Shown here: positions 41,747 through 50,870 of the stretch, one piece after another
Numbering within the stretch: position 1 is the stretch's first letter
How the letters are laid out: each line of letters opens with the position of its first letter
IMG/VR virus record: IMGVR_UViG_3300024346_000006
Source: a virus
Taxonomy: Duplodnaviria > Caudoviricetes
Direction: 5' to 3' (one strand)
DNA: 64,000 nt
Translations under genes and position numbers: made by a program
The notes under the pieces: generated by a model
Told to the model about the DNA's origin: nothing
Databases searched by the model: none
What the model saw: the letters and a program-made list of their open reading frames with translations, nothing else

Positions 41747-42076
41747 ATGGAAGAAGAAATTAAAGCATCTGGACATCACCCAGCTGATACTAATGGAGAT
41801 GGAAAGGTTTCAAACGAAGAAGAAAAGATGTATCTTGAGTTTAAAAGAAAAGAACTAGAAGATGCTGACGCTCGCAGAGATGCAATGCGCCAGATGGCTT
41901 GGTTCTCTTTATTCGGTATGTTACTCTATCCCTTTGCAGTAGTGATTGCAGTACTTGCAGGACTAGACGGAGCATCAAAGATTTTGGGTGATATGGCGGC
42001 AACATATTTTGTTTCCGTTGCTGCAATTGTTATGGGTTTCTTTGGAGCGAATGCATACTCAGATAAGAAGAAGTAA
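41747..42076 (+). CDS. Small membrane protein with EF-hand-like loop and two TM helices (holin-like?)
   Basis: DTNGDGKVSNEE followed by two hydrophobic segments. Confidence 0.6.
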   Translation: MEEEIKASGHHPADTNGDGKVSNEEEKMYLEFKRKELEDADARRDAMRQMAWFSLFGMLLYPFAVVIAVLAGLDGASKILGDMAATYFVSVAAIVMGFFGANAYSDKKK

Positions 42077-42079
42077 TAA

Positions 42080-44536
42080 ATGGCAAAACCTGATCTACAA
42101 GCGGTAACAGAAAAACTTATTAGACAAAACCAAGAGGAATTGTCTGCGTCATTTAGCGCTGCAACCGACCAGTTGCAGTCTGCCGCAGCTAGACAGGCCC
42201 TTACAGAAGTTGCTGATATTCTTGGACAACAAGAAGGTATATCAGTAAAAGAATTTAAAGAAACTAAAAAGAAGATAGACCTTCTTGATGCTGATTTACA
42301 ACAATTAGAAGGTGCTACTGACCAAGAAAAGAAGGCACTTCAAGAGATATTAAGAACATCTCAAGAAAGTATAAAACAAAACACCACATTTAAAAAATCT
42401 ATCGGAGAGCTTGCATCAAAGACAGTAGAAAATTCCATCGATGGAATTGGTGGAGTTATTACTGGTGCGTTGAGTGGTAGTCCATTACTGGCGTTTGGTG
42501 CATCATTTGTTGGTGACAGAATTAAACAATTCAGAGAAACAAGAAAAGCAAATCAGGCAGAAGAAGAAGAAAGACAAAGAAGAATTGTAGAACAGAGGAA
42601 AATTGAAGAAGAAGAATTTTCTGTTTTAAGAACACAAATATCAAATGAAGAAGCAATTTCAAGAGCGAATATAACATCAGAAGAAGTAGCGGCACAATCA
42701 CTTGCAAGAGGTATCACTGAACAAGAAGTTATTGATGAACAAAAAAATGCGATTATTCGTCAAGCAAAAACCGCAAAAGAAGCAGAAGATGCAAATAAAG
42801 CAAGACAAGATGAAGTCGAGTCTATTAAAAGAAGTTATGGACTTGACATGCCAGAGTCTCCAGTGTCTGTTCCAAAACCAGAAGCTTCAGTGTCGGATGA
42901 TAAAGAAAATATTACAGTACCATCTCCATCTGAAAATACTCAAAATTTATCTACTGATGAAACATCCACTCCAAGTGAAGTTGCCCAAATCACAACAACT
43001 AAGTTGGATGAAGTAAAAGAACAACTTGGTGAAAACAGTCCATATCTAGAAGAAGTAGTAAATCTTCTAAAATTCTTGCAAGATACTTCTGACAATCCAT
43101 CTCCATTGGATCTGGAAACTCAAAGAGAAAGTAATAGAGAAAGAAAAATTGAACAGGAGTTTGATAAAACACAAATCAAACTTCTCGAACAGATTGCAGA
43201 AAACACTGGAAACTTAGATGAAATCTCAGGTGGTGGTGGCGGTGGAATTTTAGGTGACTTGCTGGCCGGCGCCGGTGGAGGCGGACTTGGCGGGGCGGTA
43301 AAAGGTAAAGGCGGAATTAGAGGTGCCATCTCAAGAGTTGGCGGGGCGGTAAAAGGTGGTATTGGAAGAGTTGGTTCCGTAGTAAATAGATCAAGTGGTG
43401 GTAGATTTGGTAGACTTGGTAATCTAGTAAGAAATGCAGGATCTGGAATTACGGGAAGAGCAAGAAGTTTAGTTGGTGGTGGACTGAATGCTGCAAGAGG
43501 TGCGTTGGGGGGAATTAAAAACTTTGGATTGAATGCACTGAAACTTGGTGGGGGAGCAGTAGCGGGACTTGCTGCAACTGGAGCAGCAAAAACAGCGAGT
43601 GTCGCAAGTAGTGTCGCAAGTAATGTAAAAAATGCAATACCTTCGATGCCTGATAAAATAAAAGGTGTTGGTAGTGCAATAGCAGATAAACTTCCAAAAA
43701 TGTCAAATATTTCAGCACCAGTAAAAGGAGTTGGTGCGAAGATAAGTGGACTTACATCTAAAGTAACTGGAAAGGCCGCCACCAAAACTGTTGGTAAGGG
43801 ACTTGGGAAATCTTTATTGAAAAAAATCCCTGGCGTTGGTTTACTTGCAGGATTGGGATTTGGTGCTCAAAGAGCATTTAGTGGAGACTTCTCTGGCGCA
43901 GGCCTAGAGGTACTTTCTGGACTTGCTGGTACAATACCAGGCCTTGGTACTGCTGCGTCAACAGCGATTGATGCTGGACTCATGGCGAAGGATATGGGTG
44001 TGATTGATGGAAAAGAGGGCGCAACAACCCCTGAGATTTCTACAGAAGATAAGAAAGCAGACCTACAGACAAAAATTGCAGATGCAAAAGATAGAATCGC
44101 AAGAAGTGAAGGTGGCGAAAACGTCTACTTTGGTAGAGATAAAAAAGGTATAGAAAAAGATGCTACAGAAATAGAAAAACTACAAGCCGAGTTAGATAAA
44201 TTAAATATCTCGGCCGCTGGCGATCTAAATGATATCAACAATCCGATGGGGTTAGAATCAAAGACACTGCAAGGACAGCAGAAATTGCAAACAGAATCCA
44301 CCTCAAGTGACATTCCTAATAGAAAATTAGAAGCGTCTAATATGATGGATAGTGTTGCTATGGACAAATCTACATCAGAAGCGAAACAGGCTGCGAATAT
44401 TATAAATGCACCACAACAAAACACCGTGAATAATGTAACAAACAATTCAACGATTATGCCTAAACAAAAACCAGAAGTAAGACATACTGATGGTGCTGTA
44501 AGGGATGCTAAGTTATCTTTAGTGGGTGCATGGTAG
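42080..44536 (+). CDS. Tape measure / gp29-like protein
   Basis: Coiled-coil N-terminal half, Gly/Ala-rich KKIPGVGLLAG segment, NAPQQNTVNNV tail; follows gp26/gp51. Confidence 0.7.
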   Translation: MAKPDLQAVTEKLIRQNQEELSASFSAATDQLQSAAARQALTEVADILGQQEGISVKEFKETKKKIDLLDADLQQLEGATDQEKKALQEILRTSQESIKQNTTFKKSIGELASKTVENSIDGIGGVITGALSGSPLLAFGASFVGDRIKQFRETRKANQAEEEERQRRIVEQRKIEEEEFSVLRTQISNEEAISRANITSEEVAAQSLARGITEQEVIDEQKNAIIRQAKTAKEAEDANKARQDEVESIKRSYGLDMPESPVSVPKPEASVSDDKENITVPSPSENTQNLSTDETSTPSEVAQITTTKLDEVKEQLGENSPYLEEVVNLLKFLQDTSDNPSPLDLETQRESNRERKIEQEFDKTQIKLLEQIAENTGNLDEISGGGGGGILGDLLAGAGGGGLGGAVKGKGGIRGAISRVGGAVKGGIGRVGSVVNRSSGGRFGRLGNLVRNAGSGITGRARSLVGGGLNAARGALGGIKNFGLNALKLGGGAVAGLAATGAAKTASVASSVASNVKNAIPSMPDKIKGVGSAIADKLPKMSNISAPVKGVGAKISGLTSKVTGKAATKTVGKGLGKSLLKKIPGVGLLAGLGFGAQRAFSGDFSGAGLEVLSGLAGTIPGLGTAASTAIDAGLMAKDMGVIDGKEGATTPEISTEDKKADLQTKIADAKDRIARSEGGENVYFGRDKKGIEKDATEIEKLQAELDKLNISAAGDLNDINNPMGLESKTLQGQQKLQTESTSSDIPNRKLEASNMMDSVAMDKSTSEAKQAANIINAPQQNTVNNVTNNSTIMPKQKPEVRHTDGAVRDAKLSLVGAW

Positions 44537-44543
44537 GAACCTT

Positions 44544-44657
44544 TTAGTCCCTACACATAATTCTTTTTGCTTCTTCGTATAAACCTTGTTGTACAAGAAC
44601 ATGTGCAGCTCTTGCTCTTCCAATGTTCTCAAAAGTTTCTAAAATTTTCTTAAACAT
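44544..44657 (-). CDS. 37 aa small protein coupled to the DUF1127 gene (not in ORF track)
   Basis: MFKKILETFENIGRARAAHVLVQQGLYEEAKRIMCRD; its ATG overlaps the upstream stop. Confidence 0.55.
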   Translation of the reverse strand: MFKKILETFENIGRARAAHVLVQQGLYEEAKRIMCRD

Positions 44658-44865
44658 CTTTTAAATCCAATTCCATTGCAATAGATTTTATCTGCGATCT
44701 TGCAATCCCAATATCATTCAAATCTCTATCGGACAGTGAACTTAATTCTTTTATAGTTTCTTTTTGAAGTTTTTTCAATTTCATTCTTTTTTGTAAATCA
44801 TGAATAAAATCTACAAATGGGGTAATATTTAACCAGTCTGATGCTGTTAATACTAATTGTGTCAT
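44650..44865 (-). CDS. DUF1127 (YjiS-like) small protein
   Basis: TIKELSSLSDRDLNDIGIARSQI; AGGAG precedes ATG at 44865. Confidence 0.85.
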   Translation of the reverse strand: MTQLVLTASDWLNITPFVDFIHDLQKRMKLKKLQKETIKELSSLSDRDLNDIGIARSQIKSIAMELDLKDV

Positions 44866-44991
44866 CCAATTCTCCTGTGTATGATATGTGTGAAATGTCA
44901 GTGATTCTGACACAAATATTTATTTCGCAAGTGCAGAAAATCCCCATGTCATTTTCGCAATTTCGTTATGCAATCCAAACATATCTAAGAC

Positions 44992-45021
44992 AAAAAAAAG
45001 GGCAAGGATTTCTCCCTGCCC
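44992..45021 (-). terminator. Rho-independent terminator downstream of gp32
   Basis: GGGCAGGGA-GAAA-TCCTTGCCC followed by T8. Confidence 0.85.
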
Positions 45022-45143
45022 ATTCCCCACACTCAGTTCTTTGTATGCGATAATAGATGGCGGTCGAGTATGTTGTATACCTTCTATTACCTGTATGGAC
45101 TCTGTGTTGTGTCTTACACTAACACTTCAGTGCCACCAACTGT

Positions 45144-46052
45144 TTAACTTTCATCTGCAAGACGTTCAAAGTAAGAGATTGAATCATCTTCCTCGTCTTC
45201 ATTATAAGGTACAGACTTTGGTTCTGGCGCAGGCGCAGATTTAGTCTGAGTAGGTTCAGCGTAGTATGAAGAATCATCAGAAGCAAAATCTGTTTCTACT
45301 GAAACTGCAGACTGTTGAACTCCAAGAACACGATCAAGACGTTCCTTGAGTTGTTCGTAAGACTTGAACTTCTCTTCACTTACAAACTCTTCCAATGAAT
45401 ATAGTTGATTATAGATTGTTTCCAATTCTGAATCATCATCTGCAAGTGGTGCTTGAGAATCGAATTCAGACTTATCATAATTACCATAACCATCAACAGT
45501 ACGATACTTCAGTTTGAAGTTTGCACCATCCCAAAAATCAAATGGGTTGTAACGAGCCTCATCTTCAAAATGAGGATTCATTGACTCGTTCAACTTGTCA
45601 AAGATTTTCTTACCATATGAGTAAAGAAAAACTTTTCCTTCATTATCTGGGTTTGCAGGATCTTTTACAACATAAATGTTCGAAAGGAACTTGAGTTTAC
45701 GTTTACGGTCACGAGCAAGGTTTTGATTGTCTTGTGAACCAGTATTCCATAGTTCAGTATTAGACTCACAAACAGGACACTGTTTGTTGATTGTAGTAAG
45801 ACAGTTATCAATCAACCAACCGCCTGGGCCTTTAAATCCATGATTAAATACACGAACCCAAGGAATATCTTCACCATCTGTAGGGGGAAGGAAACGAATT
45901 ACAGCATAACTGTTACCATCCTTACCAATAGTTGGTTTCCAAAATCGATCATCGATATTCGATGTGGTTTGTTGTGGGGATTGGGTTTTTTCCAACTCTT
46001 CCGCAAGACGGGCAAAGTTAGATCGACCTTTTTTAAGGTTTGCAAAAGACAT
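45144..46052 (-). CDS. gp32: Single-stranded DNA-binding protein gp32
   Basis: DDRFWKP, AVIRFLP, HGFKGPGGW.I.NC, YGKKIFDK, acidic tail. Confidence 0.97.
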   Translation of the reverse strand: MSFANLKKGRSNFARLAEELEKTQSPQQTTSNIDDRFWKPTIGKDGNSYAVIRFLPPTDGEDIPWVRVFNHGFKGPGGWLIDNCLTTINKQCPVCESNTELWNTGSQDNQNLARDRKRKLKFLSNIYVVKDPANPDNEGKVFLYSYGKKIFDKLNESMNPHFEDEARYNPFDFWDGANFKLKYRTVDGYGNYDKSEFDSQAPLADDDSELETIYNQLYSLEEFVSEEKFKSYEQLKERLDRVLGVQQSAVSVETDFASDDSSYYAEPTQTKSAPAPEPKSVPYNEDEEDDSISYFERLADES

Positions 46053-46102
46053 AAATTTTCTCCTTTATACGTTATATCGTTATATGCGTTTTGTATTTTA
46101 CT

Positions 46103-46131
46103 AATATACTATATTATCCAAACATTGTCAA
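46103..46131 (-). promoter_or_regulatory. Sigma70-type promoter for gp32
   Basis: TTGACA-N17-TATATT. Confidence 0.75.
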
Positions 46132-46823
46132 CTAGTTTTTTTAATTAATTGACCATAATCTTCATAATAATCATCAATCAATATGTCCCTAAGAACATTA
46201 ACATAATAATCAACATCTATGTCTAAGAAAGACATATAGTCTTTTACTTTCTTAGTGTATATAGGCCAATAAGTTGTATCATTTATTTTGACCTTATCTA
46301 CGAAAGCAAAAATCTTTTCAAAGATAATTAACGTTTCTAATGAAAGTTCTCCACGTTTTTCTAAGAATACAATAAATGGGTAGTCATTGTCAATAGATTT
46401 AAATATGGAATTGAACTCCAGATTTTCCTCAGACGCCCTTGTAAACAACACATGACAATCATTAGTAAAAGTATACTTTATACTTTGAATTCTTTTTTTC
46501 CAATTTTTATATGTATCATAGGATTCTTTATCTAAAAGATTTCCTGTCCACATAAACTCATTACGAGAAATTGCAAGATTACCATTTTCTGTTACATTCA
46601 AGAACAAGGCAAGTAAAAACTCTTCCAAACTCTTTTTATCAAACCTTCTCGAAAGTTCTTCAAAAGTTCTTCTGTCTCTCCTATTATGGTAGGTTTCTTT
46701 CTTCGGCGAAACCTTCCCTTTGTACTTTATAAAATCATACTCACTATTAAAATGACTTTTCATTGCAAGATAAATTTTAAACGCCTCAAAGTCATCTATC
46801 TTCTTCCCAGACATGGTAATCAT
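46128..46823 (-). CDS. gp59: Helicase loader gp59
   Basis: FKIYLAMKSHF..YDFIKYKGK, ISLETL-like LSLETLIIF; adjacent to gp32. Confidence 0.9.
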   Translation of the reverse strand: MITMSGKKIDDFEAFKIYLAMKSHFNSEYDFIKYKGKVSPKKETYHNRRDRRTFEELSRRFDKKSLEEFLLALFLNVTENGNLAISRNEFMWTGNLLDKESYDTYKNWKKRIQSIKYTFTNDCHVLFTRASEENLEFNSIFKSIDNDYPFIVFLEKRGELSLETLIIFEKIFAFVDKVKINDTTYWPIYTKKVKDYMSFLDIDVDYYVNVLRDILIDDYYEDYGQLIKKTS

Positions 46824-47044
46824 AGAGGCAATTGTTCGGTAGACTTCCGAACCATGTTCAGTCCTTCTGCCTCGTATTTAATTTTTTCTTTTATGAAAGG
46901 ACTCAACAAAGAAACTACATTTTCTATTTCCAAATTATTTTTTTCACAGTAGTATGTGATTGTATCGATGTACGAACTGTTTAATTTAGAAACTTGTTTT
47001 TCTATTTCATCACTAAATTCTTTCGAACTCTTAAGTTTCAACAT
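46820..47044 (-). CDS. gp33: Late transcription co-activator gp33
   Basis: YIDTITYYCEKNNLEIE..LKEKI-like IKEKIKYEA..LN. Confidence 0.9.
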   Translation of the reverse strand: MLKLKSSKEFSDEIEKQVSKLNSSYIDTITYYCEKNNLEIENVVSLLSPFIKEKIKYEAEGLNMVRKSTEQLPL

Positions 47045-47080
47045 TCTATATAAATACTCCTTAAATATACGTTACAGCAT

Positions 47081-47109
47081 ATAATACACTGTAACGTATG
47101 ACTTGTCAA
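47081..47109 (-). promoter_or_regulatory. Sigma70-type promoter for gp33/gp59
   Basis: TTGACA-N17-TATTAT. Confidence 0.75.
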
Positions 47110-47113
47110 TAGA

Positions 47114-47275
47114 TTATTCTGATTTCCAGATAGTCCAAAGACCATAAACAATTGCTGCATATGCAGCCCATGTAATCAAACCATCAAAGAGTAGTGCAAC
47201 AACACCCATCGCAATAAGTGCGCCACCATCCCATGATGTTCTTTCTGTCAATCTAGCTTTAATCCAATTTATCAT
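47114..47275 (-). CDS. 53 aa two-TM membrane protein (possible holin; not in ORF track)
   Basis: MINWIKARLTERTSWDGGALIAMGVVALLFDGLITWAAYAAIVYGLWTIWKSE. Confidence 0.7.
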   Translation of the reverse strand: MINWIKARLTERTSWDGGALIAMGVVALLFDGLITWAAYAAIVYGLWTIWKSE

Positions 47276-47276
47276 A

Positions 47277-48068
47277 TCACATTCTCCCTATAATACTTGT
47301 GATTTCAACCTGTGCCACTGGGTCTAAATTCATGGCCCGTACATCTTCCGTTTCGAAAGTAATATCCGCCCTGCAGTCTACCTTAGACCCCTGCTTTGAA
47401 AAATAATTGGGCAGAATTTTAAAATAACTATTTTGTGAATTTATAAAGTCTCTAAAAATAAACTCATTCTCTCCAAGTTCCTTACCCACTGACAAAGAGA
47501 ATCCTACAGTTGGAATCTTATCAATATCCCATCTTAAAAGTCTTTGCCATCCAAGTGGAGCGCCTGGACATAAATTACCTTTAGTGTAAAGTTCTGTACT
47601 ACGAACAGGAGTAATATCAGAGATTACTTCAGTGATTTTAAATCTCAACTTAGAATCTACTGCTGTTTTATAATTACAATATATTTTTATAGATTGTTCT
47701 TGTGCTGTATTGTTTTGATATATGTGAGTAGAATTATTTGCAGTACTAATACTTTCGCCAATCTCTGGTTCATCCAATGGAACTATACCACATTTAACTT
47801 GATCTGAAGAATTCGTTTTTTGATATTCAAATTTAATAGTAGTGGCAGGATTTACTGAAAAGACTTTTTCTCTATAGTTGTTGGTGGCGGGCATAAGTAT
47901 GTTTCCATCAAATAGTACAACATCACTAGGACGAATGCCCGGCTTTCTTTTAAATCCACCGACAAACAAGTGTCCGGCCCTTGTTCGTGTGTTATAGTCA
48001 TACATCACTCCCAAATAATCAGGGACACCTACATATCTTTTTGCACTACTTTTTAGATATTGAACCAT
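47277..48068 (-). CDS. Hypothetical protein (263 aa)
   Basis: Long ORF with AGGAA upstream; no motif recognised. Confidence 0.7.
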   Translation of the reverse strand: MVQYLKSSAKRYVGVPDYLGVMYDYNTRTRAGHLFVGGFKRKPGIRPSDVVLFDGNILMPATNNYREKVFSVNPATTIKFEYQKTNSSDQVKCGIVPLDEPEIGESISTANNSTHIYQNNTAQEQSIKIYCNYKTAVDSKLRFKITEVISDITPVRSTELYTKGNLCPGAPLGWQRLLRWDIDKIPTVGFSLSVGKELGENEFIFRDFINSQNSYFKILPNYFSKQGSKVDCRADITFETEDVRAMNLDPVAQVEITSIIGRM

Positions 48069-48080
48069 GTTTTTTATTTC

Positions 48081-48761
48081 CTACAATTGTGCTTTATATT
48101 CTGTTATCATTTCTATCAACCCATCGATATGACTATCACGCTTAGAAGTATAAACTCCAGCATCTTTCTGGTCATCAATAGCCGCAATGATTACTAGATT
48201 ATTTATAGGAATTTTTGTCCTCTCTTCAAACATAACAGCATAACCAGATGCTTGTCTGAAGTAGTTCTCCAATTTATTTGGATGCATTGACTTTCTTGAT
48301 GTTTTAAAATCAATAATAGAAAGTTTACCATCAAAATATGCAATACAATCACATTTTCCTGCAATTCCTAGATGTTCAGAATACATTGGCCACTCTTGAA
48401 CATATACATCATTCAATCTAGTATCAAGAGTTTCTTTCAATGTAAGAAACATCTCTGTATCATTCGGCATGAGTTTATTATAATCTATTTCTATGTTATT
48501 TATATAATCTTCACACAACTGATGTACAGAAGTTCCTCTTCTTGCAGCCTGGGTAGTGATTTTATTCGCTTCTTTTTCGCCTACACGCCTTCTCCACTCC
48601 ATAATGGACTTTTTAGAAAAATGTGATATGACGGTTGTTATCGAAGGATATTTGTTGCCATTTTCATCGTGGTAATATCTAGTACCAGACTTAAGGGTTT
48701 CACTTCTAAGTGAAAATTCAGGCAAATCCAATTCAACATGATTAAACATAAAGTACTCCAA
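48081..48761 (-). CDS. PD-(D/E)XK (RecB/Cas4-like) exonuclease; start probably 48749
   Basis: YPSITTV, RRGTSVH, AGKCDCIA, IIDFKTS, YFRQASGY. Confidence 0.9.
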   Translation of the reverse strand: MEYFMFNHVELDLPEFSLRSETLKSGTRYYHDENGNKYPSITTVISHFSKKSIMEWRRRVGEKEANKITTQAARRGTSVHQLCEDYINNIEIDYNKLMPNDTEMFLTLKETLDTRLNDVYVQEWPMYSEHLGIAGKCDCIAYFDGKLSIIDFKTSRKSMHPNKLENYFRQASGYAVMFEERTKIPINNLVIIAAIDDQKDAGVYTSKRDSHIDGLIEMITEYKAQL

Positions 48762-48770
48762 ATTTGTTAA

Positions 48771-48799
48771 AGTATATCAAATATCCTTCGACATGTCAA
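48771..48799 (-). promoter_or_regulatory. Sigma70-type promoter
   Basis: TTGACA-N17-TATACT. Confidence 0.75.
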
Positions 48800-48805
48800 G
48801 CAGTT

Positions 48806-49153
48806 TTATAAAATTTCTTCAACTTCTGGTCTTGACTTAATTTCTTCTATTGCCTCATCGATATTCTGTATAAATGCATTTTCAATACCATAATGTCTGT
48901 CCATGACGGCTTGCAATACAACTCCCAAGAAACTTAAATCATCAACAAGAACTTTATTGCTTAGGTCAAAACCATACTCATCTGCCATAATGTAAACAAA
49001 TTCGTCAAGGAGTTCATTTGTCATTCCAATAGAAACATCATAATCTTCGTCCATACCACCTAAGTTAATAAACGACTTTATATCCTCTAAGTTGTTACTT
49101 TTAGATTTTACTTTTGCTGAAAAAATATCTTTTGCTTCGATTATGTTTTTCAT
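48806..49153 (-). CDS. Hypothetical acidic protein
   Basis: ORF with GGAGG RBS. Confidence 0.7.
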   Translation of the reverse strand: MKNIIEAKDIFSAKVKSKSNNLEDIKSFINLGGMDEDYDVSIGMTNELLDEFVYIMADEYGFDLSNKVLVDDLSFLGVVLQAVMDRHYGIENAFIQNIDEAIEEIKSRPEVEEIL

Positions 49154-49164
49154 TTGAGGCCTCC

Positions 49165-49881
49165 TTAGGCAAAACCCAATTCTAGTTTATTGATTATGTA
49201 GGATTTCACTAAAGGACTTCTAACGATATCTTGTTGCATAAACTCAATAAAAGAAAAACGATCCATACTTTTTATGATTTTTATAAAATCCAGTATTCCA
49301 TCTTTTTCAGATTTCCATCTAAAGTCGGACTGTCTAAAGTCTCCACAAAAAATTATTTTACAATTATCTCCTATTCTAGTTATGACAGAATCCAGTTCAT
49401 GAAAATTCATGTTCTGACATTCATCGACAATAATTATGCTATCATAAAAGGTCGTACCTCTTATGTAAGATGTCGAGTTGAAATTTATAAGGGAAGTTTT
49501 TCGTAAACTTTCGTATGCATTTCCACATTCAAATAATTCGTTTACTATAGTTTTGTATGGGGTTTCGTATGATTGCATTTTTTGTTTTTCCGAGCCGGGC
49601 AAGAAACCCATATCCCTTGTCGGAACAACACTTCTGATAATTTGTATCTCTCTATAACCAGAAGATTTATCCATTAATTCATCTAGTGCAAGGTATAAAG
49701 AAATGTATGTTTTTCCTGTCCCTGCAACTCCATGAAGAAATAAATGATCTTCATAAAAGGCATCAAATACTTCTTCTTGTGCCGGTGTTATTGGTGTAAT
49801 TTTTTTAAGTTGTGTTCGTGCGTCAATCCCTATTAATCTACTATTACTGTTTGATTTTGTCTTCCTAGCTTTTCTACTCAC
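49165..49881 (-). CDS. phoH: PhoH-family ATPase
   Basis: GVAGTGKT Walker A, GFLPG, IIVDECQN, GDFRQSD, DIVRS. Confidence 0.95.
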   Translation of the reverse strand: MSRKARKTKSNSNSRLIGIDARTQLKKITPITPAQEEVFDAFYEDHLFLHGVAGTGKTYISLYLALDELMDKSSGYREIQIIRSVVPTRDMGFLPGSEKQKMQSYETPYKTIVNELFECGNAYESLRKTSLINFNSTSYIRGTTFYDSIIIVDECQNMNFHELDSVITRIGDNCKIIFCGDFRQSDFRWKSEKDGILDFIKIIKSMDRFSFIEFMQQDIVRSPLVKSYIINKLELGFA

Positions 49882-49921
49882 GAATGAGACTCCTTTGAAA
49901 GTTGGAATCTACAGTGAAAAA

Positions 49922-50191
49922 TTACATATTAAATTTAGACTCTGTTTTTACTGCACCAGGCATTTTGGCCACTTTATCTAAAACATTCTCCTTAAATGAT
50001 TGTGGAACTTTTTGTCTGCCCAAGCGAATAGAATCCCCAATACTTGGAGCGCCAGTAAGAAATTGTTGGATTTTTCCTTCGATTTGACAGTTTGGACAAG
50101 AGCCATTTAAATGTTCTTCTCTTTCAGCAATACGACACCAAATTTCAAATTCATGATCACAATCTGTACATTTAAAATCATATCTCGGCAT
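49922..50191 (-). CDS. FmdB-like zinc-ribbon protein
   Basis: MPRYDFKCTDCDHEFE..CPNC. Confidence 0.85.
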   Translation of the reverse strand: MPRYDFKCTDCDHEFEIWCRIAEREEHLNGSCPNCQIEGKIQQFLTGAPSIGDSIRLGRQKVPQSFKENVLDKVAKMPGAVKTESKFNM

Positions 50192-50198
50192 AATATTA

Positions 50199-50414
50199 TT
50201 AATTCTCCATAATGTGTTCTTGCGTGAATTTATTTTTCACAATAGTATTCCATTGGTTAAGTTTAATTTTACATTTTCTAAACGATGAAGGATCGGTTGT
50301 ATTGTTTCTAACGTAAACCCATTTACGACCTACTTTAACCACAATAGTCCTTCTCCCAGAACCAATGCGAGGCATTTCATCTTGCAAGTGAACTGAATAA
50401 ATCTGCTCTCTCAT
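50199..50414 (-). CDS. Hypothetical protein
   Basis: GAGG RBS; PRIGSGRRTIVVKVGRKWV. Confidence 0.65.
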   Translation of the reverse strand: MREQIYSVHLQDEMPRIGSGRRTIVVKVGRKWVYVRNNTTDPSSFRKCKIKLNQWNTIVKNKFTQEHIMEN

Positions 50415-50479
50415 TATAATTGCCTCTTATCATTATATATCTCTAACCATCTCTACAATATTGCGTTTCACGCATTTTT

Positions 50480-50508
50480 AAAAAATGGGGGGGCATTGCA
50501 CCCCCCAC
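50480..50508 (-). terminator. Rho-independent terminator
   Basis: G-rich/C-rich stem around GCAA loop followed by T6. Confidence 0.7.
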
Positions 50509-50513
50509 CAAAT

Positions 50514-50762
50514 TTACTCTTTAGTTGAAATAAAAGTATACAACTCTTGAGCCTTTTTCATAATGTCTTTGGGAACTGGCATTTCTGGTTTCATGTGTTG
50601 TGTATGTTGAACTAATTCCTCAACACTTTTATTCCATGTCTCTGCAGTCGCATTCAAAGTTTGCCAATAGGTATCCATTGCCACATGGTAACTTTGTTCA
50701 GACATTTCTTTTGCCATTTTTAAAACTTCTAGTCTAATTTCAAATGGATTTTTATTACTCAT
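50514..50762 (-). CDS. Conserved-looking phage protein (82 aa, MSNKNPFEIRLEVLKMAKEM)
   Basis: GAGGA RBS before ATG at 50762. Confidence 0.7.
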   Translation of the reverse strand: MSNKNPFEIRLEVLKMAKEMSEQSYHVAMDTYWQTLNATAETWNKSVEELVQHTQHMKPEMPVPKDIMKKAQELYTFISTKE

Positions 50763-50791
50763 CTTATTTATCCTCTTCTGTGTGATGTGTG

Positions 50792-50846
50792 TAAATAGCA
50801 ACTTTATAACGTTGCTATTTTAAATAGCAACTTTATAGGAAGTTGC
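50792..50846. repeat. Tandem 17-nt direct repeat with inverted copy (double hairpin) in gene leader
   Basis: TAAATAGCAACTTTATA at 50792-50808 and 50821-50837; GTTGCTATTT inverted copy at 50811-50820. Confidence 0.85.
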
Positions 50847-50870
50847 CACCTTTATTATATAGTACAAAAA

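Noticed and set aside
43120-43785. 221 aa minus-strand ORF, and many other short antisense ORFs in the structural block
   Set aside because: Shadow frames of Gly/Ala-rich or biased coding sequence; no RBS or promoter support
44866-44913. Upstream start of the DUF1127 ORF given in the track
   Set aside because: AGGAG RBS supports ATG at 44865
48081-48761. Cas4-like nuclease as evidence for a CRISPR system
   Set aside because: No repeat-spacer array or other cas genes seen; stand-alone PD-(D/E)XK exonucleases are routine in T4-like phages
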